From NCBI GenBank assembly GCA_963777605.1, contig CAVZRV010000035.1:64001-128000 (forward strand): a DNA stretch of 64,000 nt, given 5' to 3'. Origin of the DNA: an uncultured Acidobacteriota bacterium. Lineage in GTDB: Bacteria > Acidobacteriota > UBA6911 > RPQK01 > JAPXNP01. The notes under the pieces are model-generated. The model was not told where the DNA came from and ran no database searches. It saw nothing but the letters and a program-made list of their open reading frames with translations. This document shows positions 11,081 to 21,183 of this stretch, piece after piece; positions within the stretch are counted from its first letter, which is position 1, and the number at the start of each line of letters is the position of its first letter. The position numbers and the translations under genes are program-made.

Positions 11081-12106
11081 TCAGCGCCTGTTAAAGCTGT
11101 CGAGAAAGTCATAGTTGTGCTCCAGGCGAGCAGGTTTGAAAGTCCACAGAAATCGGAAACGGTAAGCTCCGCGATCCTGGATCCTTTCGGTGACCGCACG
11201 ATCGCCATCCTCTTTCCAGAGTCGAAGAGGGATTGGGTGTCCGGGCTGTTGAAGAGTCGGCGAGCTCTCTTCAGACGGATCAATCTGTCCCGGCTCAGGG
11301 ATTGAAACTGTTTGGTTTCGTAGAGGTGCTCCAGACGGAAGTACTCGAGAAGGCCGGCAGCATAGGTCTCGTTTGCTCGCCTCGGAGTCGAGCAACGCGA
11401 CAAGGGATTTCACTCTGCGTCTTGCCGCCTGAAAGTGTCGTTCCGTGTCCGCGATGTAGAAGAGCCGAAGCGTGCCCAACTGCTGAACAGTCGGCTGTAC
11501 TGGTTGAGAAACGTGTCGAAGCCCGCCAGCGATCGAGCCCCCGAGTCGACGTAGCAGAAGGAGACCACAGGCGAAGAGTCTGCGTCGTCAGACGAGACAA
11601 AGAGGGGAAACTTATCGACGAAGTAGCGGATGGTTTCGTCATCCGATTGCTTCGAGGAGTAGAGCTTTCCTCGGTAGGAGATCCGGACGAGAGTTTCCTC
11701 GTGATTGGTGAAGTAATCGACCTTCTCGCGTTCGGTGGCCAGGTAGGTTCGCTCCGGATCAGTCAGCACAAAATCGAGGGCCATCAGTTTGGTCTTGATG
11801 GCGGAGGGAGCATCGCTGGCGGCGGTTGCGGTTGTTCGGATCGCCCAGAGCCTCGAAGAACGGACGGGACGAGAGGTGAAAGACCCCGGTGTTGTTCGGA
11901 AAGACCGTGGCGCGGCGAGTGGCGATTGGCCGCCGATCCTCCACGAGTTGGATCACGGTCGTACCGTTACGGCAACCCACGAACGGTCTGTACTGGCGGC
12001 GCACAAAGTAACCGCCATGAAGGGCTGCGAGTACGAGAAAGGCGGCTTCCCGTTCGTTGTACCCGAATTCCTGGAGTGCTTCGATCCGCTGTTGCTGGGT
12101 CATCAC
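11081..12106 (-). CDS. Conserved T4SS-associated hypothetical protein (wHTH-like N-terminus), at least 2 frameshifts
   Basis: MMTQQQRIEALQEFGYNEREAAFLVLAALHGGYFVRRQY / LDFVL...YLATEREKVDYF...YFVDKFP / LLEYFRLEHLYE; start overlaps the stop of the upstream gene. Confidence 0.6.
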
Positions 12107-13019
12107 CTGAGGATCTCCGCAGTGAGTTCCCGTTCCTCTTTGACGGTGGAACCGGAAGACCGGGAGGTGCCGGCGAAGTAGATCTTGAATCCGGCCTGCC
12201 GCTTTTGAGCGAGTTGGCCGGGACGGTAGTGCTCGGTTGCCAGTTCCAGATCCCGATGGTCCAGTTCACCGTCCCGCGTCTCGTATTCGATCCGAAGATC
12301 CGGGAAGGCGACCCGGCCTCGAACGATCGGCAGATCGTGGCGGCTGGCGACCTCCTTCTGCTTTTCTCGGAGTGCCGCGTTCGTCTCCGCGTTGTCGCAG
12401 TTTCGAAAGCGGGCGAAAGACTTTCTCTTTAAGCTCGTAGTCCAAGACGACCCGGCGGATCTTTCCTCCCTCGAGTCGGATCTTTTCGGCCTCGAGCTGA
12501 TACATGCGGTAGATGGCGGCGTCATGGCGCGCTTCAGCCGGTTTGACGAAGCCGGAGTAAAGCTTCTGATTTCCGAGGCGATCCCGGGTCTCGGGGTGAC
12601 GGTTCAGGAAGCGTGCGCCTTGACGGGTCAGGACAACGACGTGGGTGCGATTTCCTGTCGGCAAGACAAGCCGAATCCGGCGGGCGAGCCGCTGACGGAT
12701 GAGGTTTCGAAGATCCTGTTCGGCCCGGGATCGGTTTCCCTCGTAGCGAGAAGTCGACCAGGTCCCGGACGTCGATCATTCGAAACCGCCCGATTTCCGT
12801 CATCGTCTCGAGTTCGGATTCCCGCAACTCGAAGCTTCGATTCCGCGACCAGCGGCGCTCGCGAGCGTTTGTCCGCGGATCGTCTTGAACCGGTCGTTCA
12901 GTTGAGGGCGTGCGCGGAAGGTCTTTACTGTCGACTGAGCCGCCGGCACGCGACAGGGATCGGTGGTTGGGCTCGTCGCGAAGATCCGGGTGAGGCTCGC
13001 GCTCCAGTCGTCCCCTCAT
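12103..13019 (-). CDS. Replic_Relax-like wHTH + PD-(D/E)xK protein, candidate relaxase; frameshifted
   Basis: LRESELETMTEIGRFR / VVVLTRQG...ARHDAAIY / FPDLRIEYET...DLELATEHY; located between the Mpf genes and virD4. Confidence 0.62.
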
Positions 13020-13312
13020 GGTTCCTCCCGCAGACGCTCGCTGAGTTCCTCGGAGATGCTCTGCCCAGATCTCAACTGTTTCTCGAGGTGAGCCAGCTTC
13101 TCTCCGGTGTTCTTCAGAAAGAGCCTTCGGCTGAGGACAAAGACTCCGGCGAGCAGGTTGAAAAAGAACCAGGCGGAGACACCCAGAATCGTCCATCCGT
13201 AGTCGGAGACTAAGAGGTGCCGGTAGGGGATCAGGAAGCGGAGTTCCTGCATCAGGTAGAAGAGTGCCGCCAGAAAGAGAATGCTCGTCACAAAGAAAGC
13301 GTTTTTGATCAT
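13016..13312 (-). CDS. Small two-TM membrane protein of the tra operon
   Basis: 98 aa with two hydrophobic segments; tightly packed in the operon. Confidence 0.7.
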   Translation of the reverse strand: MIKNAFFVTSILFLAALFYLMQELRFLIPYRHLLVSDYGWTILGVSAWFFFNLLAGVFVLSRRLFLKNTGEKLAHLEKQLRSGQSISEELSERLREEP

Positions 13313-13316
13313 CGCG

Positions 13317-14006
13317 TTACTGAAAGGCCTGGTCTTCCCGGAAGTAGGTGATGGTCAGACCCAGCGGATTGATCGGTACCAGGGTGTTGGGGACCTGGTC
13401 TTTGACGACGAAGACGAAGTGGGCGACCCAGAGGTCGCGCCGGATCTCGAGATGATCCTGGGCCGTGTAGTAGATCTTTTCGAAGTCGACCGATGCCTTG
13501 TAGGGCGGCGAGCGAAGGTCCTCGATCGAGACGTTACGGACGTTGATCTCGATCTCCTCACCGTTTCCCGCCAGAAACTCTTCGATCGTCTGGTTCTTCC
13601 GGTTGGCTTCGATCGTCGCATCGGCCAGGCGCCCGTCGAGAAAGTAGAGCGAGGAGGAGTAGTTCTCGCGAACCGTGGCCCTAACCCGCCCGTAGTGGCG
13701 GGTGACGAACTGGATCAGGAAGTACTTGATCTCGGGGGCCTGCGGTTTGTATCGGAGGGCATCGTATTTGACGGCCTCGGCCCGCCCCACGTCGTCGATG
13801 CGGATCACGAGCGGCTTGAGGTCGGCGAAGGCCCGATAGGTCTTGAAATTCAGGAGGATCAACCCGACCAGCACCACCGAGAGGCTCAGCAAGGCGATCT
13901 TCAAGTAGGTGTTCGTCACCAGAGCCGAGCCGAACTGCTCCATGTAGAGCCGCTTGGCCTGGCTGAACTCTTTCGGGGGCGGCGGTAACAGGGGTGTCTT
14001 ATCCAT
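13317..14006 (-). CDS. virB8: VirB8/TrbF family protein
   Basis: Single TM, then PLVIRIDDVGRA; C-terminal NPLGLTITYF. Confidence 0.88.
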   Translation of the reverse strand: MDKTPLLPPPPKEFSQAKRLYMEQFGSALVTNTYLKIALLSLSVVLVGLILLNFKTYRAFADLKPLVIRIDDVGRAEAVKYDALRYKPQAPEIKYFLIQFVTRHYGRVRATVRENYSSSLYFLDGRLADATIEANRKNQTIEEFLAGNGEEIEINVRNVSIEDLRSPPYKASVDFEKIYYTAQDHLEIRRDLWVAHFVFVVKDQVPNTLVPINPLGLTITYFREDQAFQ

Positions 14007-14015
14007 AATCTTCGC

Positions 14016-14843
14016 TTAGCTGAACTGGCGCGGCAGAGCGGTTTCGCCCGCCCGGCCGGTAAAGATGCCGTTGACGAGACTCGGGACTTTCAGGAGGCCA
14101 TAGATAAACGCCACAAGCAGAAAGAGAAACGGGACGAACAGGATGGCCAGTCGCGCTCCGTCAAAGGGTGGCGGATGGGCGTCGAGAAAGCGGATCAAGA
14201 GGTTTCCGAAGATGAAGACGAAGGCGTGCGCGATCACCTGGTAGAAGGCGTACTGAATGAAGGCCCGAAACCATCCCCAAAAGAGCCATTCGAAATGGGG
14301 AACGATGAAAAACGGAATGAAGATCGGACCCACCAGGACGATGACGCCCAGCGCCGCCCAGCCGAACGAGATGACTCCCAATACGGCCACCTGGGCGAGA
14401 ATGACGGCCAGCATCACCACGACGTATCGGATGATCGAGAGGACGTCCAGAAAGTAGGGCCACTCCATCGTGTAGACGACTTCGTAAAGGCGCAGCTGCA
14501 CTTCGCTTGCCGTCGCCAGCTCGATTCGATTGGACAGGAAGATCCCCTGCTGAATGATGACGTCCTTAAAGCTCAGGCCGAGTGCCGGCAGGGGCCGATC
14601 GTAATAGGTGATCATGGCCTGACAGAACGCGATCGTCAGAATCAGGCTGGCGAGTCTCGACATTCGGAAACCGCCCTCGTGATCCGAAGCGGAGAGAGCG
14701 GCGCGGATTCCAAACCACGAGATGAGGATGATCGCGAAACCGGTAAAGAGATTCCGACCCATGATCAGAAACAGGTTCGTGTGGCGGGTCAGCAAATCGA
14801 TGATGGCTTGCTGAATCGCGGTGAAGTAGTTCAGGTCGGGCAT
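14016..14843 (-). CDS. virB6: VirB6/TrbL family polytopic membrane protein
   Basis: Multiple TMs; VGPIFIPF...WLFWGWFRAFIQY; position between virB5 and virB8. Confidence 0.85.
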   Translation of the reverse strand: MPDLNYFTAIQQAIIDLLTRHTNLFLIMGRNLFTGFAIILISWFGIRAALSASDHEGGFRMSRLASLILTIAFCQAMITYYDRPLPALGLSFKDVIIQQGIFLSNRIELATASEVQLRLYEVVYTMEWPYFLDVLSIIRYVVVMLAVILAQVAVLGVISFGWAALGVIVLVGPIFIPFFIVPHFEWLFWGWFRAFIQYAFYQVIAHAFVFIFGNLLIRFLDAHPPPFDGARLAILFVPFLFLLVAFIYGLLKVPSLVNGIFTGRAGETALPRQFS

Positions 14844-14860
14844 TTCGCCAATCCCTCTCC

Positions 14861-15696
14861 TCAGGGCAATCGAAAGTTCTGAAGCACTTCGGTCGTCCCC
14901 CGGATCCCGGCCATTCCGATATCCAGGGCTTCCCGCTCGAAGGCGATATGGGTGTTGATGGCTGCGGCATCCGCATCTCGCCGCCGTTTCGAATCGGTGA
15001 TCTCGTGCTCGAGGAGCGAGACGAGTAATTGGTTGGTGTCCTGCGTCGTTCGAAGTGCGATCGTTCCGGCGGCGTTGATCTGGTTCAGAACGGCAATCTG
15101 GGAGTTGTCGTCCTCATTGTCCGAAAGGGAGTCGTTTTCGAGAGACGAATGGCCCGTTCGACGGCGTCTGCATGGTCGCGGAGGCTGCCGACAAGTTCGA
15201 TCCCGTGGAGATTGGCGGCATCGGCCAACTCCACGGTCCCGTAACGGGTCATCACCCGTCGAAGCTGAGCTTCGGGAATCTCGGCAATCGCCCGGCCGTA
15301 ATCGGAGAGTTCCTCGATGGCCTGCCGGTAGCCTTCCAGAACGGATCGTCCCCGGTTGATGGCTTTACTCCAGGGACCGGTCGTTCCATACCGGTCGGCG
15401 GCCTCGGATCTCCGCCAGGGGGTCAAGGCAGCCCGGTAGCGTTCCTTATCGGCCATCTGTTGCGCCATAAACAGGAGATGGTCGTACTCCTGCTGCAATG
15501 CCCGGACGGTATAGACCACCTGCCAGAAGGTCTGAACCTGCCAGCTCCGCATCGACTGCATTTCGCCGTAACGAAGGACGGCGTTCGCATAGTTGGTCGG
15601 ATCGTAGACGAGGGTCGGAAAGAAGAGCTGGGCATTGGCGGACGATGCCAGCACCGTAACGATCAGGATGAAAACCGCGATCTTCTGGAGCTTCAT
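14861..15696 (-). CDS. VirB5/TrbJ-like secreted helical protein; frameshift near 15150
   Basis: Signal peptide plus VYDPTNYANA; continues in a shifted frame as ENDSLSDNEDDNSQIAVLNQINAA...NFRLP stop. Confidence 0.7.
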
Positions 15697-15833
15697 CAGT
15701 GCCCTCCCCGCCCGGCGAACATAAAGATGATCGCCAGCAGATAGAACACCGAGACAAAGACCAGGAATCCTCCGATGAGGATCCGGTACAAACAGGGTGA
15801 AAGCAGACGAAGTAAAAGCAATCGGAAAATCAT
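15696..15833 (-). CDS. Small hydrophobic 45-aa protein in the tra operon
   Basis: GGAGG RBS before ATG 15833; stop overlaps the next start. Confidence 0.45.
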   Translation of the reverse strand: MIFRLLLLRLLSPCLYRILIGGFLVFVSVFYLLAIIFMFAGRGGH

Positions 15834-15846
15834 GGTTCCTCCTCCC

Positions 15847-17188
15847 TCAAAAGTCCGCCGGCTCGGGATGGTCCGCATAGGCCGGAACCAGGAGGTCCCC
15901 GGCCAGAAGGATCTTGATTCGGTGACCTTCGCGGACCGTAAAGGTCGGCAGCACGTTCAGATATCGATTGAGGATCTGAAGCGACGAGGCGGATACGCTT
16001 CGTGAGACGCCTTGGCGGTAGGCATCACCGGCCGAGTAGTCATTTCCGTAACGGGTCCCGGCCTGGGCCAGACCGGCAATGGCGCCGATGGCCAACGACA
16101 CTCCGAAGAGTCTCAGGTAGTGGCGATCCACCTTGTCCTTGAGACCGGTTTCTCCGATTTGATTGAGGCCCTGAAACTGGTCGAGATCGAGCGAGAATCC
16201 GTCCGGCATGATGATCCGATGAAAGACGACCGCGAGGCGTTCCTGGCCCAGTTGATCGACTTGTGCGGACCTCACCCAGGATCCGGCTTCCTTTGGGGAT
16301 CAGCAGTCGCTGACGGTCGCGGGAGTAGACGTCCTCGGTGAGCATGCAGTTGACCGGCCCGGCAAAGGATCCGGTCAGACGGTTGGTCAGGACCGACTCC
16401 AGGACGGTGCCTTCGAAGAGGCGATACTGTTTCCTGTCGGCTTCGCTCGTATCCTTCAGGACAGGAGGCCGGCGCCGCTTCGTTGCGGTCGGCTCAGCAT
16501 TCGGCTCGGCGATCGGCTCCTGCGCGGCCGCCACTTCTTCCGCAGGAGATGCCGGATTCGGTACTTGCGGTGAAGGCGGGACCGGGCCAGACGCCGGCAC
16601 ATAGAAGGGGAGAGGCGACTGGCGATAATCTGGCCCGGCGGTGGGAGGGATCAAAGCGGATAGGGAAGGCGGGTTCTGGGTCGCAAACAGCGTGTCCTTT
16701 TGTTCGGGTTTCGGTCGATAGCTTTGCGCGACATTCGAGGCGAAAAGCGCCTGGTAGGCTCGCTCCTCCTTGTCGCGCTCGACGGAGCTTCGTTCACGGC
16801 TGACGCGTTCCGGACGATACTGAGGCGGCGGGTAGGAGTTCGCCGGATCCGCGAGTGGTTCCGGCTGAGCGCCCAGGGACTGCTGCGCCTGCTCGAGGCG
16901 TGCTCGTTCGGCGGCAAGTCTTTGGGCCCGTTCTTCGATCCTTCGCCGATACTCCTGGATCCGGCTTTCGTTGGGATCGATGACCGACTTCACCTCGGCG
17001 GGCCCTTCGGCTGGAGGCGCCGTCCGCTGGGGAGTGTCGATGGCCAGTACGACGATCATCAGGAGCGCCACACCGAGGATCACCCAGGTCTGGATATTCT
17101 TCGGCAGGACCCCGGCGGGTTTTGTCACTCGATCGAGAACTGCCGGGGGCCGGGGGTTCTCCTGGTTGGTTTGCGGCTTTTCCGTCAT
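15847..17188 (-). CDS. virB10: VirB10/TrbI family protein; frameshift near 16270
   Basis: TM, Pro-rich linker, EGTVLESVLTN, LLIPKGSRILG / RLAVVFHRIIMPDG...GLKDKVDRHY...PTFTVREGHRI. Confidence 0.88.
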
Positions 17189-17192
17189 GGGC

Positions 17193-18062
17193 TTAGTCCT
17201 CGTGACTGAATTTCAGCTTCTTCTTGCCGATGGCGAGATACCCTCGATCAAGCACCTTCGAAACAACATAGGTACCGTCGTGGTAATCGAACTGGATGAG
17301 GTTGGGCTTTCCGTCCTTGATCTCGTAAAGCGCCGGCACCTCTTGCGGATTTGCCCGAATGAAGGTGAACTTGCCGTCGTTATAGATCGAGGTGACGTTA
17401 AAGGGCTTCTTTGCGGCCTTGAAGCGATACCCGAATTGGAGCTTCAGCGGATAGGTGGACCGAAACTGTGTGGTCTCCTCTTCGATCCGGGCTTTGGCTT
17501 TCTCTCGGGTCTTTCGCGTCTCTTCTTTGGCGATCTCGACTTGGCGGCGAAAGTCATCGATCTGATAGGCGGGAACGAAGCGTGGATCGGACTTCATGGC
17601 CGAGAGCATTGCGGTGTCTTTGAGTTCGACGAAGAGCTTCAGATCGGGTTGGGCTCCGGCCTGTTTGGAGACTTCCGTGAGGACGAAGGAGTAGACGTTG
17701 CCGCTTGCCGTAATCAGATTGAGATTCGTCTCGGCGCCGAGCTTCGAGGGTTTGACGTAAGCGAAGTTCTCGACGCCTTCGACGACCCAGTATTCCTTGT
17801 CGCCGCAGACGAAATCGAGAATCCGTTCGTCTTCAGGCAAAACGATCAGGGTCGTATAGCGAAGCTTCGCCTGGACGTCGATGACGTCGCGACGGCCATA
17901 GTGAACCAGGCGTGAGGACTGCTGCCCGGGTTCCGGCAGCATCACCTCTGTATTCGGTGAGTCCAGTGCGACCAGACTTCTCCCCGAGGCAAAAAGCGAT
18001 CCGCCGAGGAGGATCAGGCAGGACATGGCGGACGCAATCAGACAAATGGAGGGTCGTTTCAT
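17193..18062 (-). CDS. virB9: VirB9/TrbG family protein
   Basis: Signal peptide; YTTLIVLPEDERI, VKP...TNLNLIT, IYNDGKFTFI and PALY motifs. Confidence 0.88.
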   Translation of the reverse strand: MKRPSICLIASAMSCLILLGGSLFASGRSLVALDSPNTEVMLPEPGQQSSRLVHYGRRDVIDVQAKLRYTTLIVLPEDERILDFVCGDKEYWVVEGVENFAYVKPSKLGAETNLNLITASGNVYSFVLTEVSKQAGAQPDLKLFVELKDTAMLSAMKSDPRFVPAYQIDDFRRQVEIAKEETRKTREKAKARIEEETTQFRSTYPLKLQFGYRFKAAKKPFNVTSIYNDGKFTFIRANPQEVPALYEIKDGKPNLIQFDYHDGTYVVSKVLDRGYLAIGKKKLKFSHED

Positions 18063-20535
18063 GGGTTGCTCCTTTGGGAAGGGCGGCGAGTGCCGCGAGC
18101 CAGTTCTTCGAGGCCCGGCCCGAAGCCCAACTGTTCGAAGATCTTGCTTCGGCGATGGTCGTCGTAGGGATCGCTCGTATAGAGCCAGTAGCCCTTCTCT
18201 TCGATATTGAGATTGACGACTTTCGAGAGATCCGGGCGTTTGATCAGGATCTGGCGCTTGGGGATCAGCTGCGCAATCCGATCCGCCTCGGTTTCGTTCA
18301 GGTGGAAGATGCGCCGGTAGGTCTCGCGATCCATGCCGGGATTGGCCAGAAACAGGGTGGTCGCGCAGCTTTCGAGCACGATCTGTAACATCTCGTTCTG
18401 ATCCAGATCGGCACTCGACTGAGTCGACAGGATCATGGCCGCATTGCGCTTGCGCCAGGTCTTCAACGCCTCGGTGATGTAAAGGCGAATCGTGGGATCG
18501 CGCATGAATCGCCACGCTTCATCCATCACGAAGACCTTGAACGTGGTGGCCAGGCTCGGATCCTGAATCGAAGCCGAAGCCCGGTGGAGGATATAGAAGA
18601 CGAGCGGCTCCAGGACCTGCGGATAGCGGTCCATACCCTCGAAATCGAAGCACTGAAAGCGCGAGAAGGACAGGTTGTCCTGGACGTTATCGAACAGCGC
18701 CGCATAGGGCCCGCCCCGGACCCAGCGATAGAGATGCTGGCGCAGGTCGCGTCGGAGGATATTGGAGAGGGTGAAGAGCCGTCGCTGTTCCGGTTCGACC
18801 TCGTAGAGGTTTTCGATCTGCTCGAAGAGGTCCCGCTCGTCGTTTTCGTCTAAGCGGTAGCCGCCCGACTGGATCAGCACCTTGATGAAGGAGAACAGGA
18901 ACTGAAAGTTCTCCTTCGTCGGCGGCAGGCTGAACGGGTTGATGACAAACGACTGCCGTTCGAGTCCGACCGGCAGGTAGCTCCCCGAAAAAAGATGCGC
19001 CAGGTGGCGATAGCTTCCGCCCAGATCGAAGATGAACGTGTGAGGGTCATATTTCTGGAGGTGGGTGATCAGGAAGTTCAAGAGGAACGATTTGCCGGTT
19101 CCCGTCGCCCCGAGGACGAGCGTGTGAGCGACGTCCCGATAGTGGAGATTGAGGAAATAGGGCTGGTTGTGTTCGGTCTCGAGGACGGCGAGGTGCTCGG
19201 CACCGAGATGTGCGTTCCACATCTCTCCGGTCTCGAGCGTAAACAGGAACGACAGGTCGGCGTAGTTCGTGTTGAGCAGGTAGAGATGGCGAAGGTTATG
19301 GAGGGTGTTTCCGGGGATCGTCGCCAGAAACGCGTTCAGCAGGTTGTAGCGCTCCTCGATCGAGGACCGCATCGAAGGCCGAAAAGACCTTGAAGAACTC
19401 GGCGGCATCCTTCTCCAACTGGACCCGGTCCGCGTCCGTGAAGTACGACCGTCAAGGAGAAGCGGCCGAAATAACGGCCTTCGATCTCCATCTCGCTCAG
19501 GCAGTGTCCGAGATCGACGACCAGGCCGACTGCGGCATCGTCGGTCAGCATCTCGCCGGGCGCCGGCGGCGCTCCGTTCTGATTCTGCTGGAAGAGGTAG
19601 CTTGCGAGGCTGTGCTTGGCATTGTGAAAGTGCCGGCGCTTACGCCGGATCAGCCGCCGCATCCGGGAACTGTCTTCCCGTTTGAATTCGCTCGTGAGAA
19701 TGAAGTTGGTGGGGATTTCCAGAAGCCCCCGCAGAAGATGCGTGATGGTGTGTGACGGCGGATCCTTGAGCGTCAGGACCTTCACGTACCGATCGCCCAG
19801 ACGCAGGTGGTCGCGGTGACATTCGAGCGGTTCGTCCGAGACGAAGTAGTCGAGAAAGAGATCGTGTTTCAGTGAGACCGCATCCGCCTTGTCGGGCGTC
19901 AGGTTGACCAGATGCCGGAAGAACCGGAAACACTCGTCCTTGGGAAGAAGCGTGAAGTCGGCGACTTCGCGCAACTGAATCAGAAAGCTGTTCACGCGGT
20001 TCGTGAGCACTTCGCGATGCCGATCCAGTTCCGCCTCGAGAAGACCGACCTGCTGCTCTCCCGAAAGCATCTCCATAAATCCAAGCTTCGGATTGGAGAG
20101 GAGGCGCGAGAGCCGCTCCAGCCGGCTTCGACGATGTCGCCACCCTTCGTAGAGGACCGTGAAGTAGATTTCGAAGGAGTAGAGTTCGTTCGCCTTCGAC
20201 TCCAGGTAGTCGACTCGTCCCTTGATGGCTTCATCGACGACCGGGTTTTCGAAGGTCTGCCTCGGAATCGGGGCGTGGCTTCGCTTGAGAAGGTGCTGGT
20301 AGATGCGGAACTTCTCGTCGAGGATCTTCAGGGAAGCCTCGAAACGGCGGGCGATCCGGTCGAGCTGGTCCGGATCGAGGCACTCGTAGTCGACTCCCCG
20401 AACCCGGATCACCACACCGAGATCCCCGCTTTTGGTCAGGAAGGTGTGCGGATCGACGAACCCGTAGAGGTTGATCAGCTCACTCAGGGCGCCGGTCTGT
20501 CGGTAGTCCTTAAGAATTCGGCTGAGCTTGACCAC
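18059..20535 (-). CDS. virB4: VirB4/TrbE conjugation ATPase; frameshifted near 19350-19440
   Basis: FLTKSGDLGVVIRVRGVDYE; HTLVLGATGTGKSFLLN; FIFDLGGSY; FVMDEAW; WRKRNAAMILSTQS. Confidence 0.9.
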
Positions 20536-20826
20536 GAGGTCTCCTTTCGAGTTCGAAGCGGGGCAGCTTCGCCGGATCGTATTGAGCCCGAAACCGTGAA
20601 GATTCAGCAGGATGCGAAGCATCTGCGGATCGCTTGCCGTCATCCAGCGCGCCACCGCGTAGAGGACCGCGAACATGAGCAATCCGGTCACGAGGCTTCC
20701 GAAGAAATTGAACGCAGCCGCTCCCACGACCAGGGCGAGAAAGAACAGCCTTCGTTCGGCGCCGAGCACCGTCAAAGGCTTATTCACCGACTTGTAGACT
20801 GGATGGGTTGTAGACTGCTTCGACAA
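20510..20826 (-). CDS. virB3: VirB3/TrbD family protein; an indel near 20600 makes it appear fused to VirB4
   Basis: HPVYKSVNKPLTVLGAERRL, two TMs, DPQMLRILL; the natural tail RFRAQYDP lies in a shifted frame. Confidence 0.8.
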
Positions 20827-20856
20827 CGGGCTTCCTCCCTTCTGCGTATCCCGGTT

Positions 20857-21183
20857 CTAGGGGAACAGCCAGGCCATGAAGTTGACGGCGCCGATCGCCA
20901 TTCCGATGCCGAAGAGGATCCCGGCAAAGACCCGTTTGCTCTGCCCCTCTCCGTAGGCGAACATCAGCCCGCCGACGACGATGGCGACCAGACTCAGGCC
21001 TCGAGCGATGGGTCCGGTAAAGGCAATCTGCAGGACGTTGACGGCGTTCTCCCAAGGGGAAGCCTGGGCCAGTACGGGAGTCGTGAAGATCAAGGACAGG
21101 GCCCAGAAGACCCAGGCCCGGCTGAGTCGCCTCGCCTTCGGCTCCCTTTGTAGAGACTGCGATTTGAACCTATCGTGTTGCAT
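20857..21183 (-). CDS. virB2: VirB2/TrbC pilin
   Basis: Signal ...VLA then SPWENAVNVLQIAFTGPIARGLSLVAIVVGGLMFAYGEG. Confidence 0.9.
   Translation of the reverse strand: MQHDRFKSQSLQREPKARRLSRAWVFWALSLIFTTPVLAQASPWENAVNVLQIAFTGPIARGLSLVAIVVGGLMFAYGEGQSKRVFAGILFGIGMAIGAVNFMAWLFP

Noticed and set aside
19336-20826. Natural VirB3-VirB4 fusion
   Set aside because: The VirB3 tail (RFRAQYDP) with its own stop lies in a shifted frame and virB4 has its own RBS and GTG; an indel explains the apparent fusion
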